DNA from: Vitrella brassicaformis CCMP3155
Taxonomy: Eukaryota; Protista; Chromerida
Direction of reading: 5' to 3'
Length of the DNA stretch: 64,000 nt
Assembly (NCBI GenBank): GCA_001179505.1
Contig: CDMY01000252.1
Location: forward strand, 84,044-148,043
Each line of letters begins with the position of its first letter. Position 1 is the stretch's first letter. This document shows positions 50,796 to 63,497 of this stretch, one piece after another. The translations under genes and the position numbers were made by a program. A model generated the notes under the pieces. It made no database searches, was not told the DNA's origin, and worked only from the letters and a program-made list of their open reading frames with translations.

Positions 50796-51335
50796 CGCTC
50801 AGCACAGGGCCCGCTTCATTCGGCAACCGAATGAAGGCCCGACAAAAGAGCCAATCAACACAGGCAACACCGACCGACACACCGACTCTTGCCGAGTAAG
50901 AGAGGCCAAAGAGCACCGAAGGTCAATCGGTCGTCACACTGTTGTTGGAGCCGATGAAACACACACAGCCCCTCACTGACCGCTCAACTCACTCACTCAG
51001 CTCCCTGGCTGCAGGCTTGCAAGACTCTGAAGGGCGGTTTGAGAAAGCGAGGCTTGCAACTCTTCCACTGAGAAGCAACTGATGCGACTGATCGGTTGAG
51101 CTGCCCTGGGAAGAGGCCCGTGTGTGACGCCCCTCTGCACGCTTAGCTCGCAGACCCCCGAGCTCGCAGAAAGATGCGGAGGACAACGCGCTCTCAGGAG
51201 CCTTCCAGGTGGGTACAGGCATGTATCTGATCGATGTTATCCATCATAGATATGTCTGCAGGGTCACTTCGATGAGCACATCTGTCAAAGAATCTCCACA
51301 AGCAGCAGCTGCAGCTCTGCAGTGAGCCATTGTGT

Positions 51336-52651
51336 ATGCGGCCGAGGCATACAATGCTGCAGCAGGAGAGTGCGGCCAATGGCGGGGCGGTCTATCAGCC
51401 GCTCACGAGACCTGACGCAGTGGACCACCCCACTGCAGCAGAGGAGGGGAGGGCGGCATCGTCCACTGGCAGCAGCATCATGACCAATGTGGCAAGGGTG
51501 GCCGTCGTGTGTCTGCTGCTGAGTGTGCTGCTGTTCGGTGAGTGAGTGACCGGAAAGAGGGCCTCTGCATCATGCATTGCATTGCTGATCTGTCTGTCTG
51601 GTGCTCTTTGGTATATGTCAGTGCTTATCGACAGCTTTGCTTATCGACAGCTGGAGCATCTGTTAGTGGAGTTCGTGTCCTGGGTGCGGGGCAGCGGGGC
51701 CAAAGGGGTGGGCCTTTTTGTCGGTGTGTACGCCCTGGCTGTCGTCTTGTTCATCCCCGCCAGTGTGCTCACCCTGGGGGCGGGCTTTGCCTTTGTGTCT
51801 GCCTATGGTCTCGCAGAGGGTACGGTAGGCGGAGCGGAGGAGATACAGACAGACAGAGGTCAACCAGAGAGAGATGCACAGCACGTGTGGCGTGTGGCGT
51901 TGGTATATATGTCAGGTTTGGCCATCGCCATCTCTGCCGTATTTGTGGGTGCATCGATTGGGGCGGTCCTTGCATTCGGCCTCGCTCGGTACGTCTTTCG
52001 GGGGTGTGTCCGTCGGCTGTCTGAGTCCAATCGCCTCCTGGCGGCCGTCGACAAGGCCGTGGAGCAAGGCGGCCTGTACATAAATGTTCTCATGCGACTC
52101 TCGCCAATGATACCGTTCACACGTATGTTATGTGTGCAAGGAAACCACCACACCCACACATATAACATCCAAAAGCCGCTCTGTCTGTCTGTCCATCTTG
52201 TGTGTGCAGTGTTCAACTACGTCATGGGTTCTAGCCGGTGTCGATTCGTCGACTACCTCGTCGGGCTGGGTGGCATTCTCCCCGGCACCATTGCGTACGT
52301 CTACATCGGTGCGCTGCCCGCATCGGCCGCATCGGGCAGCCAAGGGGTGTCGGGGCATGAGTCGGCCCTGGCACACGCCACCGAGAGCTCGACGGCAGTG
52401 GTGATCCGGCATGTCTTCCTGGTGTTGGGGCTGATTGCGATGGTTGGTGCGCTGGTTGTCATCAGCCGACTGGCGAGAAGAGCTCTCACGGTGAGGATGG
52501 ATTCGAGAGCACACGAAAGGGCGAAGGATTGTGGGTGTGCGCGCGAGTGTGTGTGCAGGATGCGCTGAGCGAAGACAGCCAGCATGAGCCACTGAGGCGA
52601 GATGAGGTGGAAGGGTCGGAGGAGCAAGACACTGACAAACGGACTACTTGA
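51336..52651 (+). CDS. TVP38/TMEM64-family (VTT/DedA, SNARE-associated) membrane protein
   Basis: LFIPASVLTLGAGF…G…VFVGASIGAVLAFGLARY…LMRLSPMIPFTVFNYVMG…PGTIAYVYIG are the VTT-domain hallmark motifs. Confidence 0.88.
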
Positions 52652-52659
52652 TGCGTGTC

Positions 52660-55240
52660 AGTCAGTGAATTGCTGCATTTGCGCGACATGGTTGTCGGTG
52701 ATGGTGTCCAGACGGAGACCTGGTGCGTTGCCTTGTGCCCTGTTAGTGTTGAATGTGAGGTCAAAAATCCCACCCTGTGGTCCCGCCACACCACACACAC
52801 ACATCCACGTGTGTATTGGCGTCACCTCTCCAGTGTGGTGGTGTTGACATGCACACACGCAGCTAGCTGCTATCCAGCTGGTGCATCTGCTTTGGTCACA
52901 AACTGATCGGGGAGCATCTGCCGCTTCCTATGTTGAAAAGCGGCTGCACACCGAGCGGTCCGTGGCAAAAGCAGACACCACCACATCAGGAAAGCAGTAG
53001 CCCCACCACCACACACACACATTCCGTGCAGCAAAGCAAAGGGGCAAGGGGGTGGAAGACATGCGATGACAGCCCGTCATTCCCCTTCCTGCCAGTAGTA
53101 CCTGTTTATCGACCCATCTGTCTGTCTGGCTGGCTGGCTATCTGGCTGGCTGGCTGGACCTTACTGCGTTCACACGACAGCAATTGCTCAAGAGCAGACC
53201 AGACTGTTGCTCTCTGCTCGTGTCGCTGTGGTATGGTGCAGGCAGCCCAGAGGCAAATCCGTCCGAGAGGAGACGAAAATGCTTCTCAGCCGCCCACATC
53301 ATACGACACCGACCCGACAGCAAAGCCATGGCACTCACCAGGCAAGCCCTCCAGTGGTAAATGAGTCCGCGCGTGTGCGTCGTCAAAAATGCTCTCTTGC
53401 TTTGACCGATCCATGTCCGTAGCGTATGCTCTCAGACGACGCACCCACTCATCTCTCACACACTGCAGGCAGGATGGGATGGCGTATCAGTCGGGGCCAG
53501 CCAACAAGACGGCACGTATCAGTCAGTCGGGCTATCTGGTCAATCATAAGGCACTGTCTGTCTGTCTGTCTGTCTGTAGACCCATGTAAATAAAGAAAAC
53601 AATAAACACATTGAGAGTGAGAGTTTCTCGATCGACCGTGGCTGTGCCTCCTAAATCAAGACACCCCAGCTGGCCATTCATCCATCCATTCATTCATTCC
53701 GGCACAAGGGAGGGACACTCTCGCTGACTGCATGAGTGCCTCTCTCGGCGGATGGCATGGCGTGTCGTGTCGTGTTGTGGCATGGGCGAAATCTCCCGTG
53801 CGTTGAGTTCTCACTGCATTCACTGTCCGTCTGATGGCATTAAAAAAAAACAAATGTGGGGTTTTGACGACAAATGTGTGCAGGCAAGGGTCTGAGGAAG
53901 CAAGGAAGATATAGGCATGGCATGGCTAGCATGGTAGGGCATAGAATGTGTGTAAAGCAAAATCGCCAGTCAGTCAGCCTGTCTGGCGCGGCTTGGCATG
54001 GCACGGCATACGGCATATGGCATGGAGGGCAACGTAAAACCGAGGAGGAAAGCGCATTTCACGCAGACAGGACACTTCACTGCATAGAGAGACAGACAGA
54101 CAGACAGACGGGCAGACGGGGAAACGGTCAGGCAGCAGCAGGTTTAATTCTCGTCTCAAGAGCAACAGCTTAGCATCCCCTCCTCTCGTCCGCTCTGTAC
54201 ACAAACAATCGCCCCATACACAATCTGATACACACCCACGTCGGCCCTCTCGCTCTCGCTCTCTATCCCCCTCTCTCTCCCCTCTTCTCTTCTCTTCTCT
54301 TCTCTTTGTTTCTCCCCTGCTCCCGAGAGCTTCACTCACTTCAACAGCAGCGGGACAGCCACGCACTCACACACCACACCACACCACACCATCCCGTCCC
54401 ATCCCATCCCATCATCGATCACACCCATCCCATCTCATGGAAGCACGTCAACTCAGCGGTGCAGCCGACAGCTGCAGGAGGCGGTAGCCCGTACGTGCAG
54501 ACACAGATAGATACAGAACCCACAACCAGCCGACCAGTCAGACATCCACACGACAGACAGACACGCACATGCGCACACACATCAACACACTTGCAGGCAG
54601 CCACCACACACATCACATCGAGGGTAGTAGGTAGAAGAAATGGAGTGTAGGTCTTACTGCTCCCGGCCGTCCAGCATCAGCCCCTGGGCGTGCACCAGCT
54701 TGCTGAACGAGTATGATGGTCCCGTTCAGCAAAGAGGTGCACCGCAGAGACGTAAACCAAAAGTCCAAGACCCCACACACATGTCGGCACGTGTGGGGAG
54801 ACGTGCAGGCAGGCAGACAGGCGATGAAGATGAGCGATAGGGTCATGACAAGGAGCACCTCATGAACCAATCAACGAGTGAATGAATCAATGAATCAATG
54901 AATCATGAAGCAGTCATTGTACGTATGGAGTCATTCATGTAGTCTGTCTGGAGTGAGTCATCGACGGACGTGCAAAAGGGTTGGTTTGGGCCGGCCGGCC
55001 GGCCGGCTACAGTGAGTAGTGAGTGGGGATGTGTGGGTCGGCAAGTGGCCCAAGGAACCCCTCACAGATACACAGACAGAACAGTGAGACAGTGAGACAG
55101 ACAGACAGACAGACAGGAAGGCATTGGCATGGACGTCAAAATTGTAACACAACACGTAACACTCAGCAGACAGACAGACAGGCAGGTTGACAGGTAGACT
55201 AGGCAGGTAGGCAGTAGTAGTGAGTGAGCGGCTGGCTCGG
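52660..55240. repeat. Microsatellite-dense convergent intergenic tract
   Basis: (CAGA)n, (CTCTT)n, (CCCAT)n, (TGAA)n and (GGCC)n between TMEM64-like and desaturase 3' ends. Confidence 0.75.
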
Positions 55241-57033
55241 TCATTTGGCTTTCTTACTGCCGTCCATCTCCCTCTCCACGGCGTACTCGGCCACGTTCTT
55301 GAGGTTGCCCAGCGTCGCCTTCACGGCCTGATGTAGGTAGGGACACGTTCACAAACCAAGCCACATCCATCTCTACTGTCCTCTCTCTCTCTCTCTCTCT
55401 GCGTGTGTCCGTTAGTTACCGTGATGTAGTCGAGGCTCTGGTAGGTGAGGCCATGGTCCTCGCAAAACTGACGAATCCTGAAACACACAGACAGGTGCTA
55501 GTGAGGGACTATGGTGGTGGGGTGTGTGTGTTTGTTCGCCGTCCATCGAGATCTCACTGCAGTGACTGACCTGGGCACGAGTTGGGGCTGTCTGTACTGC
55601 GGCATGGAGGGGAACAGGTGGTGCTCAACCTGGCAGTTCAGGTAGCCCATCCACCAGTTGACTGAATATATGACACAGACACACATCGATCCACACACAT
55701 CTCTCCTCCCTCCCGACAGGCTGGCTCCCTCCCTCCCTCGCTCACCGAAGGGGTTAGGGTCGACGTTGATGGTGTAGTCGATGCCGTATTCGACCCAGTT
55801 CTTGTGCTCGTCGGCCCGTGTGGTCGGCAGGTGGGTGTGGTTCAGGCTGAAGTTGCCGAACAGGTACACGCCGCTCACAAACATGGTCATGTAGAAGGTC
55901 GACAGACACATCAAAATCGACCAGTCCGACGGGCACGAGTAAAAGTGCGCCACGTAGCGCAGGATCACAAACAGCAAAGTCACCGGGTCACGCCGCCCCT
56001 TCCTGCAATGCAGAACGCGCACACACAACCATGGCCGGATGGATGGATGGTCGCTGCCCGAGTCAACGCGCCGCGCCCGTGTGTGTGTGTGTGTATGTGT
56101 GTGTACCTCAGGATGTATTCCTTGGGGTGGAGGTAGAAGTGCCAGAAGAAGACGTTGAGCACCGACGTCAGCGGCAGGAAGGTCAGGTGCTGGTAGCGGA
56201 TCCACCAAGTCGGCGTCATGGCAGCACGACGACCGCGCTCCAACGCCTAAACACAGCACCACACACACAAGTGTGAAGAGACCCACGCCGCACTCTCTGC
56301 CCGTCCCTCTCTCCCTCACTCCTCCCTCTTTCCCTGTGTGCCCGTCGCTTACATCCTTGTAGAAGGCGACGAAGGGCAGCGTGTCGACGTCGAGGTCGTG
56401 GTCCTCCTTCTGTGGAGTGGCATGGTGTTTGTTGTGCATGTGGTTCCACTTCCAGCCGTATGTGATGAGGCCGAAGGAGATGAAGATGGTCTGGATGGCC
56501 TTGTCCACCGGGATGATGCCCGTCAGGGAGTGGTGGCCGCCCTCGTGCTGGATCCACCCCGACCGGCCGCCAGCCAGGCCCCCGATGAACATGGACAGCA
56601 GCACCGACCACCAGGTGCCCGCCTTGAGCAGCACGAAGCTCACCACGAACATCGAGATGATCTCCACTATCCTGAAGGCCACGTGCGCCAGGTCGGGCTT
56701 GAACCAGCCCTCCGCCACCAGGTCGCTCCGCAGCTTTCGGTAGTCGGCCAGCATCTGCTGCGCTCGCTCACTCTTTTCCATGGGCTTGTCGGCGGGCCTG
56801 GAGGGCAGCGACTTGAGGATCTTGTCGGCCCGAGGACTGCGCTGGTGGAAAGCGACGTAGGCATCGGTGGCGTCCTGGTTGGCGTAGTAGGCGATGACGG
56901 AGCCGCCGGGGTGCCGCTTGACAAAGTCGGTGATGTCGTATATGCGGTCACGCACCTGGATCTCGACGCGGCCGGACGCCGGGGGAGCCTTCCGTGATGC
57001 AGGGAGGAGACGAGGCGACGCCTGCTTGCACAT
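55241..57033 (-). CDS. Front-end fatty acid desaturase (cytochrome b5 fusion; delta-5/6/8 type), ER
   Basis: HPGG haem motif, His boxes HEGGH, HNKHH and QVEHHLFP, and a C-terminal KKAK* (KKXX ER-retrieval). Confidence 0.93.
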
Positions 57034-57084
57034 GGTGACGGGACGGGACTGGGGTTGCCGCTGCAAGAAAAGGACTGCACTGGC

Positions 57085-57169
57085 AAGCTCGCAGATCCGG
57101 CTGCGAGCTTAGCCGAACGATCCCTGGCCGCGGCCAGGTTTTCTCCGCCAGGTTTTGCTGAAGCTCGCA
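57085..57169. promoter_or_regulatory. Three TGCGAGCTT motifs upstream of desaturase (two form an inverted repeat)
   Basis: AAGCTCGCA at 57085 and 57161, TGCGAGCTT at 57102. Confidence 0.65.
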
Positions 57170-57874
57170 ACATGAATCTGGGCAGTCAGCATTCATTCTC
57201 AGCAGGAGAACACCTTCGACCAGGACGCACAAGCGATGGCGGCCGAGAACGGCAACATGGATTGGGACGCTGGGCCAGGGCGAGGACCGATACCAAACCA
57301 GAACCGGCAGGAGGAGGGGAGAGGGCGGCACGAGGGTAACAGCAAGTTCAACAGTGAGTGCCTATGATAGATAGAGACTGAAAAAATTCCGTTGTCAGTT
57401 GCCGAGTCTGCCACCTACCCCATCTGTCCGTACGAACGAGTTGACTACAGCGTTATCCGTCAGGCTGTCAGGCATCATGCTTTTCATCCCATCATATCGC
57501 ATCTCATCGCATCGCATAAAGGGGCTGGCTGCGGAAAAATAAGGTGTAGTGCAGCTGCGCAGCCAGCCAGCCAGCCAGCCGGACATGACCAACGTACCAA
57601 CACACGATCGAAGGAAAACTGCCTGCCTCGGCAAACGAACGAGACCACTCTCGGTAGGTAGCTAGTCGCTGCATTGCCAGACCACCCCACGCAGACAGAC
57701 GCACAGCCAGTGCTGCCTCTCGCATGCCGTCACTCACAGAGACCGAAAAACGAACGAGGCAGAGCACTCTCTCCACCGTACGTTGCTGTCATATAAAGCA
57801 TAGCGGTGTGCCTGTGGCACACACGGCACGGCTGCCTTTGTTTCTTCTTTCCGACATTGCCTGCATCGCATCCA

Positions 57875-59661
57875 TCAGACGGCATACGATGGGCTCTCTG
57901 ACTTGCCGGTCTTCTGCAGTTTGTCTATGCCCTCAACCACCCGTGCCGACACGATGGTGTCCCCCACTCGGATGTCGCGCAGGAAGTCCGCACCAGACAC
58001 CGTGTAGCCAAAACACGCGTACCTGAGTGAGGCACACACACACACGTGTGGTGTGGGGTGGGGTGGTTGGTCGGGCTGGGTGTCATTCTGGTGGCTTGGC
58101 GAGCGTGTCTGTCTGAGCGTACCTTCCGTCCATGAAGTTTTTGCCGGCCGGTGTGAGGTCCGAGTCGAAGAGCAGCCAGAAGAACTGTGAGGAGCCGCTG
58201 TTGTTGTCGAACTCTGAGCGAGCCATCCCAAGCGCACCGTACGCCTGTGGAGGATAGACACGCAAGAAACGACGATCATGTTATGGCCCACAGGCCGATG
58301 CTTTAGCATGTGGTAATTTCGGCTGACCTGGAACGGGAGCGTTGTGGCCGCGAATCCCCGGCCATCCTCCTCTGTTGTCTCGCCGTACATGGGCGCATTG
58401 TCGCCCTGTCCACACACACATCACACACCAACACACAAGTGTCACCCATAGGCCTTTCCTTGTCTTCTCCATGCCTCCCTCACCTTGACGAATATCTCAA
58501 GTGGGACCCTCCTCGGCTCCTTTGCCCCAGTCGGCACATATCCCTCCGGTCCGCTGTCAGGCTTCCCCGTCTGCACCACGAAGCCGTCAGAGCGGCTGAT
58601 CTTCATCGAGTCGTAGAAGCCCTTGGACACCAGGTCGACGAAGTTGCCGGCCGTCACTGGGGCGTTCCAGCCGTCAACCACCATCACGAGCTTGGCCTCG
58701 TCGTATAGACGGCCTTCCAAATCGAACTTGCTGCCGTCGGCCTTCTTGACCACCATCTCCACCTGACTCACACACGGCACGGCACACAGACACATACACA
58801 CACGTCCTCACTCACACATGCAGAAAAGACAGACAGGCAGATGCTCTCTCTTTGTGTGCCATGTGTCACCTTTGCTCGCCCCTGCAGTTGCGGCAGGCTG
58901 GCGAATTCTTGTGGCACAGGGACCTTGTAGTTCTCCGGCACCATGAGGGCCATCAGGGCGGTCATTTTGTCGGCTATGCCGCCCTGCAGCTCCAGGCACT
59001 TGTCCAGCTTGGCGGCCTCCTGAGGCGAGCCACGTGACGCCGGCTCGCGGATGGCCTCTATCAATGGGTCAACCGACGCACCGATCGACGCCAGCAGCTC
59101 CTTGGCCTTGTCCTCCGACTTGGGTCGGATGGCCTTGAGCAGGGACGCCTCCTTGTCCCTGATGAGCACTCTGGCCTTGTTAAGGTGGTTGACGGCCGAG
59201 TCGAAGCGCTTGACGGGGATGTCGCCCTTGACCGCTTCTAACTCCACTTGCAGAGCCGTCACGTCCTTGTCCTGGATCGGCAGGCCGTAGCGCAGCAGAC
59301 TGTCGGCGTCCTTGTTGACACGTGAGCCCGCTGCCGATGGAGCGTTGAGCCCGCCCTGCCACGACTTGGCCGCATTCGACGGGAAAGAGGGCAGCAGAGG
59401 CGAGAGTGCCGCGATGCCGACAGCTGCACGTGCCGCCTCTTCTGCATAGCCTCTTCGTGATGTGCATTCGGCGTTTTCAGAGGCTGCTGGGCCCGTCGAT
59501 TGTTGCTCGGGGAGGGAAGGGCGTCTCAAGGACGGGGTACGGGTCAGGCGAGTTGCATCACTGAATGAATGCTGCACTCTGAACGTCCAGGCAACCTCAG
59601 AAAGGCCCAGGAGCGCGGCCGCGCAGATGGCGACTGAAGATCTTCTGACGCCCATGCCCAT
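57875..59661 (-). CDS. CYP38: Thylakoid-lumen cyclophilin CYP38/TLP40 with tripartite leader
   Basis: [87 protein letters not shown]. Leader is a signal peptide (…VAWT/FRV), a transit region, then SRR…hydrophobic…SNA. Confidence 0.88.
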
Positions 59662-59720
59662 GCCGGCGTTCTCTTCTTCCCCTTCTCCTTCTCCTTTCCT
59701 CACGGTCCTCCCGCAGAGTC

Positions 59721-59729
59721 TGCGAGCTT
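59721..59729 (+). promoter_or_regulatory. TGCGAGCTT motif, CYP38/kinase spacer
   Basis: Exact 9-mer between ATG 59661(-) and ATG 59828(+). Confidence 0.6.
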
Positions 59730-59827
59730 AGCTGTTTTGGAAGCGGAAAGGACTCCCATCGGCACCATAATCTCGGTGATCCAAGTGAAGATCTGATCGA
59801 TTCAACCATCAACCCATCGACGCACTC

Positions 59828-62328
59828 ATGCTGACCTTGGCGTCCGCCATGGGGGTTCTCGCAACCGATGCCATCAGCACTGGCCGCCTGGAGCCTTTCC
59901 ACTCAACGACGATTCACAACGAACTGCCCATCTCCCCCGCTCGTGGCCGCAAGACCGTGAGGCTGCCGACATTTGCAACGCGAAGATCACACCCGACAGA
60001 AGATCAGCAATGGAGGACCAGTAAAGAGCCCGCCGTGGCTGAAAAGTCCGCTTTCATTCATCCCTTGTCGGCGCCGACGAGTGGCAGGCTGTCCCGGAAG
60101 CGTCCCATGCAGAGGCCGCATTTGGTGATGGCAGCGGGCGATGCGACGACACAGAAGGGCAGGCAGGACCAGGCGAGTGAGCTGGCTTTCCAGCCGGGGT
60201 GGGACGGAGCGTTCCGTGAGGGCCAGCGGGTCGGCAAGTACTCTGTGAAGAGAGTATTGGGAAGAGGAGCCGCGGGTGAGCCATCCATCGAGCACACAGA
60301 CGACGGATCCGATCCGCACATGCGCATCAGGGCGACTGCATGTACTGTACGTGTGTTTGTTGTTTCAGGCATCACATACGAGGCGGAGGCATCACCTGAC
60401 CACCCAACCATCCCTCGACAGACGTAAGAAAGGCAGACAGACAGACGTGCGCCAGTCCAGCACGACAGGGGCACCATCTCCTTCTTTTTCTGTCCGTCCG
60501 CGTGTGTCCAGTGTCGCCCTCAAGTGTGTGTCGCTGCGGAACATGAGGACTTGGAAGGCCATGGATCTGATAGAGAGAGAGGCCCGTGTGCTGCAGTCGC
60601 TCAGCCACCCCGCCATCCCGGCTTACGTCGAGTACTTCCAGCTCGACGATGCTGGTGGCGACGGCTCGACCATCTTCTGCCTGGCTCAGAAGCTCGCGAA
60701 AGGACAGACGCTCGAGGTAATGTCAGAAAGACACCGATGCGTAGACAAAGACACACACACTGCCATGTGGGACGTGACGCAGGCGCTGGTGAAGGAGCGG
60801 TGGAGTGTGGACGATTCGGTCATATGCGCCATCGCCATCCGGTTGCTCGAGGTGCTGTCTTACCTCCACTCCCAGCGGCCGCCCATCATCCACAGGGACA
60901 TCAAGCCGGCAAACATAGTGGTAGACCGGCAGCCGGACGAGGGCAATGGGGAGCAGGTGGATCTGTCGCTGGTGGACTTCGGGGGTGTCACGTCGGCCGT
61001 GTCGTCACAGTCGTTCGGCAGCACTCTTGTCGGCACCTTCGGATACATGGCACCAGAACAGGTAGCTAGGTACACGCAAGAGGGAAATGGTACGGCTGTG
61101 TGCTGCACACGGCTGCTCTGTGTGCGGTTGCATGGCTGCAGTTTCGCGGAGTGTCGTCAGTTCAGAGTGACCTCTACTCGGTCGGCGCCACACTGCTCTA
61201 CCTCATTACTGGCCAGGAGCCATCAACCTTCCCTGAAGACAGGCTGCGGATCGACTTTTCCTCCGCCCTGCCCAAGCAGCTGTCGCCCAGCATGAAGACC
61301 CTGGTTGCCGTCACCCAGCGGCTGGTGGAGCCGGCACCGCAGGACAGGTATGCGTCGGCTGACGATGCGCTGAGGGATCTTCAGCAGAGGCTGAAGCGGC
61401 CGGAGATCACCCAGCAGATCAGACGACAGGTGCGCATGCAATACAATGAGAGGCTCTGGGATATCGGCAGCGAGAGTGTCGTGTTGCTTGTTCCCTTCAG
61501 ATTGATAATTTGGTGGTATTGCGGCGGCCAAAGGGCACCAAGGTGGACGTCAAGATCGACTCGGAGGGGCGGCTGCGCATTCACCTCCCACCCGTCGGCA
61601 TCACTCCCGACATGATACCGCAAGTGAGTGACCAATCGCTGCTCACGACCAACCCAATGCACACCAAGAAAGCGGCCATGTGTGTGCAGGCGCTCTTCGG
61701 CGCGGCGTGGAACGGCATCATCGGTTCATGGACCTTCACCGCTCTGCGTGCCGGCGCGGGCATCGGAGGTGCGCTGTTTTCTCTGCCCTTCTGGGCAGCG
61801 GGCTTCTTCCTCGCCAAAGGGCCCCTCGTCGATGCGGCCGAGTCGACGGACCTCACCATCGGCCCGGACGTCTTTGACATCAAAAAGTACCTATATGGCG
61901 TGCAGCGCAAACGGGAGACGGGCACAACGGCCGGTGAGATCGATGGCCGACATGTACACAATGGGCTGGGCTGCTGAGCTGCACACGGGTGTTCACGGTC
62001 TGACATCGTATCGATCAGAGTTGGTGCGTTCGGCTGTGGTGATTGCTGGTGCAGATCTGACGGTGTCGCGTGTGGTGGTGGAGGTTGTCGTCAACGGCGT
62101 CCCGCAGACAGCCATCGAAATACAAGAGGGAGTCAAGTAAGGAAACCGCACACACACAGAGACACAAACACACACGCACTCCCGCAGACACACACACACG
62201 GAAGGGTGCTGGTGGGTGTGTGCAGCAAGTATAGGTTCGGTCGTGGACTGACGACAACGGAGCAGCACTGGATTTCCTCCCAGATCAACGCATACATTCT
62301 CGAGGCACAGCGGAGCCCACAGCCGTGA
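59828..62328 (+). CDS. Cyanobacterial Pkn2/Spk-type Ser/Thr kinase with C-terminal membrane domain
   Basis: LGRGAAGITYEA, VALKCVSL…WKAMDLIEREARVLQSLSHPAIP, HRDIKPAN, LVDFGG, GTFGYMAPEQFRG, SDLYSVGATLLYLITG, DRLRIDF. C-terminal RPKGTKV…LRIHLPPVG…FGAAWNG…LFSLPFWAAG. Confidence 0.85.
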
Positions 62329-63497
62329 TGGACGAATGCCTAAGGGACACTAGCATGAGTGCATGCGTCTGTGCTGCCTTTATCCGCCTAGCAGTGACGG
62401 ATCTGATGTGATGTGCGCATTTATGGAGGTGCGTGTTTGTGTGGCCAGTGAGCAACCGAGTGAGTGTACATAATGGCCTAGTTGTCGTCCTAGCTACCTG
62501 TGTGGTCGGCGTGAAGATGCATGCAGAGAAAGGGGCTGTCTATCGAAAGATTCGCGTGGGGCTCACACACCCCAGCCCCACGGCATGACGACATGTGTCA
62601 CGTACCTATAGCAGGACAGCGAGTGTGAACGAAGCCATCTGTGTGTAAGGAGTACTTGTCGGCTGCTGTCTGCTGCCTGCCTACTACATGCAATGAATGA
62701 ATGAGTGAATGAATGCGCCTGTCTGTCCCACGGGCACGCAGGCGCCAATTAGACCCGAGCAGAGCTCAGCTCTACACAGGCGCTCGCTCGTGAAGTATCA
62801 GGTCAGTCATGTCTCCCTGCACGTGTGTGTGTTTGTGTGACAGTGCAGTCAAAACGGGTTGGTCCCCTCTTCTCTCTCCTTGCATACACACAAACGTAGC
62901 AACCAACGGACGAATGGATGGAAGGAGGGATGGATGGATGGAATGCACACAACGTCGCTTGTCATTCACGTCGATATCTGATGCAGACGTGAGGTAAGTA
63001 TGTAGGTGAGGCACCAAACACGCATCCATCCGTGAGGTGAGCGGAACAATGAATGACGCGGAACAATGGATGCACTTCTGTTCTCACCGTGGCATCTCTT
63101 CGAAGCCTTTCCAGTCTCAAAGCGGCTGTTTTGCTCCCACGAACAGATGGCGCAAGCATGATCTCTCTCGGCGAGAATTGGAGACGGGACGAGAATTCGA
63201 AAATTCGGAGACGGGAAATAAACTATTCCTCCCACTTTTCATAGTTTTCGTCCACACTCCGCTTCTCAGCCTTCTTTCGGCCACAGATGCTCCGTTTCTT
63301 TTTGTTTTCATCTGCTTTTCGGCTCGTGTGGTTCGCCTCATCCCCTCCAGCCCCTCCCAACTCGTCCGGATGAAAAGTGAACCTTCCTTCCTCTCCGCCA
63401 TGCCACGAGCGAGGCCTCCGCCGGAGGCGCCCTGCCGTCTGCTGAACAGCTGCCGACTCCTGACACCTAACTGGCGTCAACCGAGTGCGCCGACGCC

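Noticed and set aside
55498-57066. 522-aa ORF apparently reading through all desaturase introns (likewise the 908-aa OSBP and 341-aa orphan ORFs)
   Set aside because: High GC and CA/GT repeats rarely contain stops. One internal desaturase exon is in a different frame from the long ORF, so the openness is incidental, not evidence of functional intron retention.
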